Assembly: GCA_963771075.1 (NCBI GenBank)
Contig: CAVYSE010000003.1
Coordinates: 320,001 to 384,000 of the forward strand
Source of the DNA: a candidate division FCPU426 bacterium
GTDB lineage: Bacteria; Oederibacteriota; Muellerivitia; Muellerivitales; Muellerivitaceae
DNA length: 64,000 bases
Direction of reading: 5' to 3'
Made by a program: the position numbers and the translations under genes. Shown here in pieces: positions 56,905 to 64,000 of the stretch (position 1 is the stretch's first letter; the number at the start of each line of letters is the position of its first letter). The notes beneath the pieces are model-generated. The model had not been told where the DNA came from, searched no databases, and saw only the letters and a program-made list of their open reading frames with translations.

Positions 56905-58380
56905 CTATTTCAGGTTTTGAGACCGATCGGATGGGATTTTAAACTCGGTCATGATTTCCGAGGTGGCTTGGGCGGCCTTGGTCGCATCAAACACGATCTT
57001 CGTGCCGAACCAGGCGTGATCGTCGATCTCAATCACATGGTAGACCCCCAGGGGGCTCTTGAACGCCTCAATGAGGTCCTTCATTTCGGAGATAGGTTTT
57101 CCATTCACCTTTTCCACGATGAGGTTGTTTTCCTTGTCGTATCCCGTGTTGATGTCATGCGGAAGGACATGGCTGATGAGGATAACCTGTTTGTGTTCAG
57201 GCGTTGGAAAGCCATGCAGGTAAAGGTCTTTGAGTTCAGGTTTGAAATTTTCCCAGTTCCCCATTTGGAAATAGTTGGCGGTCAAGGGGACGAACACGAA
57301 CCCGGCGTACAAGAAATAGGTGGGGTGGGTGTTATCCGGCCGAAAGGGGACAAGCTTGGAAATGGCCTTGAGAAGCACCATTAGCTTCATCGCTTGGCCG
57401 TTTCGTAATATATCCAGGCTCACCTGCTCATGGATCAGGTAATAGGTAATCAAATAAGTCCAATCGATCCTCTGGGACTTGGATAGGTTAATGTCGCCCT
57501 CATTGTCGATCGGGTGCCCATCGATCCCGGTGAGGATATCCCCTACCTGTAAAATTCCATCAGCGGAAGACCCATTCACGATTCGAGTGACCACTACCCC
57601 CGTCTTGTCCCCCGGAAGCTTGTAAAAGCTTTGAAGCGCCGGATTTTCGAGGTTTTGCACATAAACGCCCATGTCCGGGAACCCGGAATATTCTTGGTGA
57701 ACCTTGATGTTCCTTAAAAAGGCCTGCACCACATTGATGGGGATGACGGTTCCCGTTTTATCGGGCTCATGGACGGACTCAAATGTCAGGCCGACAAACT
57801 TACCTTTATCAAAAACCGGACAACCGTCTTTTTTGACGTCAATAGGCTCGTAAGTGATCAAGCCCGGCAGGTACCGTTGGCATTCCGACGACCAAACCAT
57901 GTCCAACCCGGAAAGGGTATCTTCCTTCTTGGATAACTCTTCCCCTCCGTGAATGAGGATCTTGTCCCCGGGGGAAGGCATATCTCCGAATTCGGCGGGC
58001 AGGGAATCCTTGAAGAATTCCTTGTCTTCAATAGATAACAAGGCCAGATCCATGTCGTAACCTATCTGCTCCACCTTTGCCACATAACGCTTGGTCTCCC
58101 CGAATTTCTGGACCTCGATATAGTTTCCTTTGTTCACGAAATGGGACGTGGTCAGGATGCGGTTCCCGGGGATAACCACCCCGCAACCCTCCAACTGGAC
58201 CTGGGTGCCGGGTTTCCAGGGTTCGTAAAAATCGACGTTCTGGATGGTCGTGAAAATCTTGACGACGGACCTTTTCAGGTCCTTCTCGCTTCTTCCACGG
58301 CAAGCGGACAGAAAAAGCATACCCACAAACAGGATCGCCAAGATCGGCCGGGGCGGGAACATTTTCAGGGTAACCCTCAT
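56905..58380 (-). CDS. HtrA/Deg-family protease homolog with PDZ domains, catalytic Ser absent; probable lipoprotein
   Basis: LFLSAC lipobox; TTSH and DLALL retained; PIDVKKDGCPVF in place of AINPGNSGGPVF. Confidence 0.85.
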   Translation of the reverse strand: MRVTLKMFPPRPILAILFVGMLFLSACRGRSEKDLKRSVVKIFTTIQNVDFYEPWKPGTQVQLEGCGVVIPGNRILTTSHFVNKGNYIEVQKFGETKRYVAKVEQIGYDMDLALLSIEDKEFFKDSLPAEFGDMPSPGDKILIHGGEELSKKEDTLSGLDMVWSSECQRYLPGLITYEPIDVKKDGCPVFDKGKFVGLTFESVHEPDKTGTVIPINVVQAFLRNIKVHQEYSGFPDMGVYVQNLENPALQSFYKLPGDKTGVVVTRIVNGSSADGILQVGDILTGIDGHPIDNEGDINLSKSQRIDWTYLITYYLIHEQVSLDILRNGQAMKLMVLLKAISKLVPFRPDNTHPTYFLYAGFVFVPLTANYFQMGNWENFKPELKDLYLHGFPTPEHKQVILISHVLPHDINTGYDKENNLIVEKVNGKPISEMKDLIEAFKSPLGVYHVIEIDDHAWFGTKIVFDATKAAQATSEIMTEFKIPSDRSQNLK

Positions 58381-59915
58381 TTCAGGTCCTGCGACCGGTC
58401 GCTGGGAATGTTGTTCTTGGACAATATCTCCTCGGTGGCTTGTTTGGACCGTGTCGCATCCAGGACTATCCTTGTGCCAACCTCCACCGGATTATCGATT
58501 TCAATGATGTGTTTCCCGTCCTGGGGCTTCTCAAAAGCCTGGATCAAATCTTTCATTTCCGTGATGGGAACCCCGTTCACCTTTTGGACGACCAGGTTGG
58601 TGTACCGGGGTCCGTAGCCCTTGTTGATCTCGTGGGAAAGGATGTGGCTGATGATCACGACTTGCTTTCGATCCTCCGATGGCAAACCCTCGAAATAGAG
58701 GGGCATGAACCCCGAGAAACTGGCCTTGGAAGTCTGGAAGTAATTGGCGCAGAGGGGGGTGAATACCAGTCCCCCAAAAATGAAATAGGTCGGGTCGGTG
58801 TCGTATTTCACCAGGGGAACCAGCCGGGCGTCCGCCTTGAGGGTTACCGTCAGCTTCAACGGCTTCTGATCCCGCAGGACGTCGAGAACCATGTTCTCGC
58901 CGATCCGGTGCAAACAGAGGGGATACTGGAAATTCACGCGTTCGCCCTTGCGGAAATAAATAGTCCCGTCATTGGCGATGGGGTAGCCGTCGATGGAGAG
59001 TAGAATGTCGTTTTCCTGAACATGTCCCCAGGCGGAAGACCCATAGATCACCTTGGAAACCAGCAAACCGGTCTGGTCCGGCGCCATGCCGTAATAATTC
59101 CGCAGGGCGTCATTTTCCATGAACTCGGTGTAAAGACCCAGGGTGGGGACCGGGCTATAGCTCCCGGCCTTGATTTGGTCCAGGAACCGCTGGACCAACT
59201 GCACCGGAACGATGTAACCGGTGTTTTGAGCGACCATCGCGTTATAGCCCTGGAAGGCCACACCGACCATTTTCTTACGGCTGAACACCGGCCCCCCGCT
59301 GTTGCCGGGGTTGATCGCGGCGTTGGTTTGGATGCCCAGCAGGTACCGCATCGAGTGGGAGTAGGGGATAACCTCAATGCGGGAAACTTCACCCTCGGTG
59401 ATGGACAATTCCTCTCCCCCCACGGGATAGCCGTAAACCGCCACCTGGTCCTTCAAGGAAGGCACCCCCCCGAACTTGACGGGTTTGGTTCCCTTGAAAA
59501 ATTTCGGGTCCTCCACCCGCAAAATGGCCAGGTCACAATCATGGGCCACGAATATTTTTTTCGCGGTGTATTTCTTGGTGTCCCCGTCCTTGAGTACCTG
59601 AATGAAAATCTCATTGGATACTACGTGGGCGTTGGTCAGAATCCGGTTTCCCGAAATGACGCACCCGCTGCCGCTAACGTTTTCCTCCGGACCCACTCGC
59701 CAGGGCTCGAAATAATTGGGGTTCTGGATCGTGGTGAAAATCTTGACCAGCGATTTGCGCAAAGGATCGTCCGTGGCAGTCGAAACCCTGGGCAAGAGAT
59801 ACGCCAAGGCAAAAAGGGCAAGGAACAGCGTGGAAGCGATTCGTCCAATTTTTAAATTGTTTAAACTAGGTAATTTCGGGCTCAAAACCAACTCCAGAAG
59901 TATGAAAAGGATCAA
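58377..59915 (-). CDS. HtrA/Deg-family serine protease with PDZ domains
   Basis: GSGC, TNAHVV, DLA and AINPGNSGGP triad motifs; true start probably downstream of 59915. Confidence 0.93.
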   Translation of the reverse strand: MILFILLELVLSPKLPSLNNLKIGRIASTLFLALFALAYLLPRVSTATDDPLRKSLVKIFTTIQNPNYFEPWRVGPEENVSGSGCVISGNRILTNAHVVSNEIFIQVLKDGDTKKYTAKKIFVAHDCDLAILRVEDPKFFKGTKPVKFGGVPSLKDQVAVYGYPVGGEELSITEGEVSRIEVIPYSHSMRYLLGIQTNAAINPGNSGGPVFSRKKMVGVAFQGYNAMVAQNTGYIVPVQLVQRFLDQIKAGSYSPVPTLGLYTEFMENDALRNYYGMAPDQTGLLVSKVIYGSSAWGHVQENDILLSIDGYPIANDGTIYFRKGERVNFQYPLCLHRIGENMVLDVLRDQKPLKLTVTLKADARLVPLVKYDTDPTYFIFGGLVFTPLCANYFQTSKASFSGFMPLYFEGLPSEDRKQVVIISHILSHEINKGYGPRYTNLVVQKVNGVPITEMKDLIQAFEKPQDGKHIIEIDNPVEVGTRIVLDATRSKQATEEILSKNNIPSDRSQDLK

Positions 59916-60097
59916 TAAGCCAGGTTAGAACTAACCCCAAAAGCGCGTCAGTTTAACACGTCCCGATTCATCCAATAACCCAATTTTCGGGGAAAGGTGC
60001 GGCTGATCAAAGGCTTAAATTAGAACCGGGAAGCCCATTGACTTATTGTGAAAAGAGATAAACAGGACAAACTCATCAGCCCCAAAACCAAGGGACT

Positions 60098-60553
60098 CTA
60101 TTCGAAACCATAAAAGGAATAGGGAATCGCCTTGGAGTCCTGTACTGTGCTATTCACATAGACAATACCGTTCGAGCTGTCGTACAGCCAGCCCGAGGAT
60201 GAACCCGTCGGCACTTTATTTTGAGTGGTCACGGATACCAGGTTTCCTGCCGGGCTCGGCGCGCTGAGCACGCAATAACCCGTTACCTTCACCGACTCCA
60301 GATTTCCCATGTACTTACTGAATGAATAAGTGGAAAAGCTATTGAGGGTGGATGGCCAAACGCCCTGGTTGTCCCCGTAATAAATCGAACTTGCTGATTT
60401 TAACGCTCCCAAATTACCCTTCGTGGCGCCTTCTCGTGATTTTTCGATCATCACCGCGAATTTCGGAATCGCAATGGCGGCCAAAATTCCAATAATCGCG
60501 ACAACGATCATTAATTCAATAAGTGTAAAACCCTTACTTTTTAAATGAATCAT
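60098..60553 (-). CDS. Type IV pilin / pseudopilin-like protein
   Basis: Class III signal KG|FTLIELMIVVAIIGILAAIAIP; GGAGG RBS before ATG 60553. Confidence 0.93.
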   Translation of the reverse strand: MIHLKSKGFTLIELMIVVAIIGILAAIAIPKFAVMIEKSREGATKGNLGALKSASSIYYGDNQGVWPSTLNSFSTYSFSKYMGNLESVKVTGYCVLSAPSPAGNLVSVTTQNKVPTGSSSGWLYDSSNGIVYVNSTVQDSKAIPYSFYGFE

Positions 60554-60716
60554 CTCCGCCTCCCTCAATACCGAAAGCCCATTGACCCTTGACCCCAAAC
60601 AGGGCCTTCAGTTCATAATATTTTATTACTTTTCAAAATATTTAAATATGAATAAATCGGCGTTAAAACGATAGTTTTTTTAACCCGATCACTAATTTGC
60701 AAAGGATAATCCTTGA

Positions 60717-62654
60717 ATGAATCCGATGAACTCGCCTCCCAGTCCCCCCATCCGTGACAAGGGGTCAACGGATGATCGTATTCTCCCGCTTGGGGCGATC
60801 GCTATCCTGCCCGCCCTTATCACTTTTTTGTTTTACCTGCCGTCGCTCAATAATAGTTTTGTGAATTGGGATGATCCAGAGAATATCCTGAATAATCCGC
60901 ATATCCGCAGTCTCAGCTTGGATTCCATTGGGTGGATGTTCACGAACTTTTACCAAGCCTTCTGGATACCCCTCAACTGGCTTTCCCTCGCCTTGGATTA
61001 CAGTTTGGGTCATCTGGACCCCGTCACCTACCATTTCCACAATCTGAGCCTGCATTGCCTGAATACCCTCCTCGTTTTTTTTGTGAGCCGGAAAATATTC
61101 CTTGTGGCCTCCTCAAGCCCGGATACCGCGGATCCAAAAGCTTCTTGGCCCCAGTCCGCGGCATTTCTGACCGCCCTTTTATTCGGGCTCCATCCCATTC
61201 ACGTGGAATCGGTAGTTTGGGTCACCGAGCGAAAGGATCTACTCGGAGGATTTTATTGCTTGTTAAGCCTGGGGGCCTATTTGGAACACGTAACCCGCCC
61301 CGATGGTAAGAAATGGAGATATTTCCTGAGCTTGGCCTTTTTCATCCTTTCGCTTTTATGCAAGCCCATGGCCATGACCCTGCCCTTGGTATTCATGCTA
61401 TTGGACCATTGGCCGTTGAGAAGGATAAAAATCTTCTCAGCCCACGGACTTCAGGAAAAAGTCCCTTTTTTCATCCTTGCCTTCTGCGCAGGCGGGATCA
61501 GCCTCCTGGCCCAATCCCATTTCGGCATGGTTCCCAACTTCGATCAATTACCCCTTTCTTACAGGATCATGAACGCATTCCATTCCCTCGTTTTTTATCT
61601 GGTTAAAATATTTGTTCCCATCCGCCTAGCGGCCCTCTATCCCATCGTGTTATTGAAAACCTATTCGCTTGAGTATTTGGTTTATCTTTGGGCAGTCCTG
61701 ATGATTAGCTTGGCCACTTTTTTAAACCGCCGGACCCGGCCCTACCTGGCCGTGGCCTGGCTGATTTATATCGTCACCTTGTCGCCGGTATTAGGAATTC
61801 AATATGTCGGTATTCAATGCGCTGCGGACCATTTCACTTACCTCCCGAGCCTCGCTCCCTTTATGCTCCTATCTTCGGCCCTGGCGGTCATCCTTTCCAA
61901 CCGTCGCGCTTTTTGGGGGTTTCTTTGCGTGGTTTTAAGCGTCTCCATGGGAATTGCGACGGCATATCAATCCATGACTTGGAAGAATTCCGTAAACCTT
62001 TGGGAAAGAGTCATTAAGGTTGCCTCGCCCTATATCTATGATTTCATTTATGAGCATTTGGGAGATGCCTATACGGCCGAAAGCCGGTGGGATGAGGCCT
62101 CGCGGGCCTATTATTCGGCTCTCGCCCTCTCCCCTTTCAAACCTGGCTTACATGAAAAAAGAGGGATCGTGCTTATCAACCAAAACTTGCCAGCGGAGGC
62201 CGCCAAGGAATTCGAGCAAGAAGTAAGCTTTGATCCTAAAAATCCAATGGCCCACCGTTACCTCTATTTCGCGTACCAAAAGATCGGGAAATCAACGGAA
62301 GCCCTGGCGGAAGTTCAAAAAGCGATCGAAATCGACCCGAAATTGCCTGGGGTTTATAACAGTTTGGGGGCATCTTATTTTTCGATGAAAAAGTACGACC
62401 TGGCGGTCGGGGCCTTTGAAAAGGCCCACGAGATGGACCCTCAAAACCTGGATTGCCTGATGAATTTGGCGGCGGCCTATACCTTTTCGGGAAAACCGGA
62501 GGGCTCGATCCAGGCGCTTAAAATGGCTCTTGCCATCCAGTCCCAAGACCCCAATATCTACCAAAAATTGGGCGAGGCCTACGAGAAGCTAGGCGATCAA
62601 GAATCGGCAAATCAGGCCTTTGCCGCAGCTAACAGCATGGGTAAAAAAGAGTGA
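60717..62654 (+). CDS. TMTC-like GT-C membrane protein with C-terminal TPRs (putative protein O-glycosyltransferase)
   Basis: FVNWDD, HPIHVESVVW..ERKD, KPMA, ADHFTYLP and TWKNS..LW motifs; multiple TPRs. Confidence 0.85.
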   Translation: MNPMNSPPSPPIRDKGSTDDRILPLGAIAILPALITFLFYLPSLNNSFVNWDDPENILNNPHIRSLSLDSIGWMFTNFYQAFWIPLNWLSLALDYSLGHLDPVTYHFHNLSLHCLNTLLVFFVSRKIFLVASSSPDTADPKASWPQSAAFLTALLFGLHPIHVESVVWVTERKDLLGGFYCLLSLGAYLEHVTRPDGKKWRYFLSLAFFILSLLCKPMAMTLPLVFMLLDHWPLRRIKIFSAHGLQEKVPFFILAFCAGGISLLAQSHFGMVPNFDQLPLSYRIMNAFHSLVFYLVKIFVPIRLAALYPIVLLKTYSLEYLVYLWAVLMISLATFLNRRTRPYLAVAWLIYIVTLSPVLGIQYVGIQCAADHFTYLPSLAPFMLLSSALAVILSNRRAFWGFLCVVLSVSMGIATAYQSMTWKNSVNLWERVIKVASPYIYDFIYEHLGDAYTAESRWDEASRAYYSALALSPFKPGLHEKRGIVLINQNLPAEAAKEFEQEVSFDPKNPMAHRYLYFAYQKIGKSTEALAEVQKAIEIDPKLPGVYNSLGASYFSMKKYDLAVGAFEKAHEMDPQNLDCLMNLAAAYTFSGKPEGSIQALKMALAIQSQDPNIYQKLGEAYEKLGDQESANQAFAAANSMGKKE

Positions 62655-63113
62655 TGTTCTCGTAAGTTTTGTTGCCAAGGTCGCCGGTTCATGAAAAAGG
62701 CTTATAAATGGAACGTTCTTTTTTCCCCTTTTATCATTCCCCATGGGTTCTCGCTCTATAACCACCGTAAAACAAAAACGACCTTAAGCCTGAATTGCTA
62801 AGGGGCGTTAAACCTCGATTAATAACAGTTAAACCCTGAAAAATATTATTAGTCGGAAATAAAAAGCAGAAACACGTTGGGTCCATATAGTAGAGCCCTT
62901 CGCACGACCTGCTCGCTCAGGGCACACCATATGGCCGCGCCATATATCGTGTTGCCCGAAAACAAAAAAGCCCCATAGCAGAGGCACCTTGGGTGCCACG
63001 CTATAGGGCATATTTAATTGGGCAACTCTGATTTTTTGCTGGCCCTGAAGCAGAGCTTCGCACGCTTCACGGCTCGCCATATTTCGTGATTCCCGAAGGG
63101 AATCTCTGATATA

Positions 63114-63158
63114 TGGCGGGGTTGACGGGGCTCGAACCCGCGACCTCCTGCGTGACAG
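63114..63158 (-). tRNA. 3' fragment of tRNA-Asp(GTC); att site of an integrated element
   Basis: Minus strand CTGTCAC-GCAGG-AGGTC-GCGGG-TTCGAGC-CCCGT-CAACCCC-GCCA; sequence 5' of the anticodon loop is not tRNA-like. Confidence 0.88.
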
Positions 63159-63212
63159 CGGGATGATCGCGATTCATCAACCTTCTAAACCCTTTTAATT
63201 ACAACGAAAAAT

Positions 63213-64000
63213 TCACTTCGAAACTTGCTCACCCTCAGCAGGAGTCTTATTCGTGTCTAACGACCTTTTCAACTGATTCAGCGCATCCAGACGGTCTTGC
63301 CGGTCTATCCGGTTGTACCGTTTGAACATCGCATAGGTCTTATGGCCCGAAATCGACATGATAACCGAGTCGCTTACACCCGCTTTCCTGAGGTTAGTCA
63401 CAGCGCAATGCCTAAGATCATGAAACCTGAAATCTTTGATCCCAGCCGCGCGGATGGCATTCCAAAAAGCGGTTTTAATGTTCTTAATACGTTGGCCCTT
63501 ATGCGTGAAAACGTAAGGGCTCCCAAGGGTCTTCGGTATCCTTTTCAGAAGGTCGATCAGCTCCTCCGTTAAAGGAATTTCCCTTTTCTCCTGGGTCTTG
63601 GTTTCGGTGGCTTCCAGGATGATGACCCTGTTTTTAAGGTCCACCTGTTCCCACCTTAGGCCAAGAATCTCGCCTCTCCTCATGCCTGTCCAATAAGCCA
63701 ACTGGACAATGGCACTCAGGCGTGACGAACAACGGCTCAAGAGCGTCCGGTATTCTTCTTGGGTCAAAGTGCGGTCACGGGATATTTCTTTGAAACCCCT
63801 GACTCTCTGGATCGGGTTTTTCTCCAATAAACCATTGAAGACCGCCCGATTCACGATGCACTTGAGAACACCAAGTTCCCTGTTGACGGTACTACTGGAT
63901 AAGGGTTTTCCAGGATAGGCGATATTGCCCGCCTTCCTCCGTTGGGTCAAATAACCCTCAACTATATCGGGGTTCAAACTATTCAAGGCCCTATCACCAA
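63213..64000 (-). CDS. Phage/ICE-type tyrosine integrase (N-terminus beyond the window)
   Basis: TGMRRGEILGLRW, TKT, FHDLRH, SGHK and M..RY catalytic R-K-H-R-H-Y set; ends 55 nt from the tRNA fragment. Confidence 0.95.
   Translation of the reverse strand, partial: GDRALNSLNPDIVEGYLTQRRKAGNIAYPGKPLSSSTVNRELGVLKCIVNRAVFNGLLEKNPIQRVRGFKEISRDRTLTQEEYRTLLSRCSSRLSAIVQLAYWTGMRRGEILGLRWEQVDLKNRVIILEATETKTQEKREIPLTEELIDLLKRIPKTLGSPYVFTHKGQRIKNIKTAFWNAIRAAGIKDFRFHDLRHCAVTNLRKAGVSDSVIMSISGHKTYAMFKRYNRIDRQDRLDALNQLKRSLDTNKTPAEGEQVSK

Noticed and set aside
62829..63080. 83-aa ORF downstream of the tRNA fragment
   Set aside because: It spans a run of hairpin and terminator-like sequences and has no RBS or motif, so it is probably non-coding.
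63114..63190. Intact tRNA-Asp gene
   Set aside because: The 5' anticodon stem, D arm and acceptor 5' strand are missing; only the 3' 45 nt match.

Overview
Bacterial window, mostly GC-rich, from a probable diderm (it encodes Omp85/BamA-family and PorV-family outer-membrane proteins). 1-16 kb is a minus-strand dcw cluster: mraZ, two STAS genes, rsmH, ftsL, ftsI, murE, murF, mraY, murD, ftsW, murG, murC, murB and the 5' end of ddl. ftsW, murG and murC carry frameshifts that look like sequencing indels. 20-28.5 kb is an AT-richer accessory zone. It holds a Y1/HUH (RAYT-like) transposase bounded by perfect 24-bp inverted repeats that cut off both neighbouring genes, a duplicated gene 5' end, three type II toxin-antitoxin modules and hflX. 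These minus-strand units are separated by a recurring hairpin motif ending in CGTGGACA. The rest is mixed housekeeping and accessory genes: glpK, glycosyltransferases, pfkA, two FKBPs, lsrF with a dehydrogenase, an ABC exporter, an ECF sigma/anti-sigma/NHL/PorV module, a SET protein, msrA, a radical SAM/LuxR pair, H+-PPase, an RNB nuclease, an active plus a catalytically degenerate HtrA pair, a pilin and a TMTC-like protein. The window ends at a tRNA-Asp 3' fragment (att site) next to a tyrosine integrase. Intergenic regions contain several families of paired inverted REP/REPIN-like repeats, some with other hairpin elements inserted precisely inside them. All calls come from reading the sequence and motifs; no searches were run.
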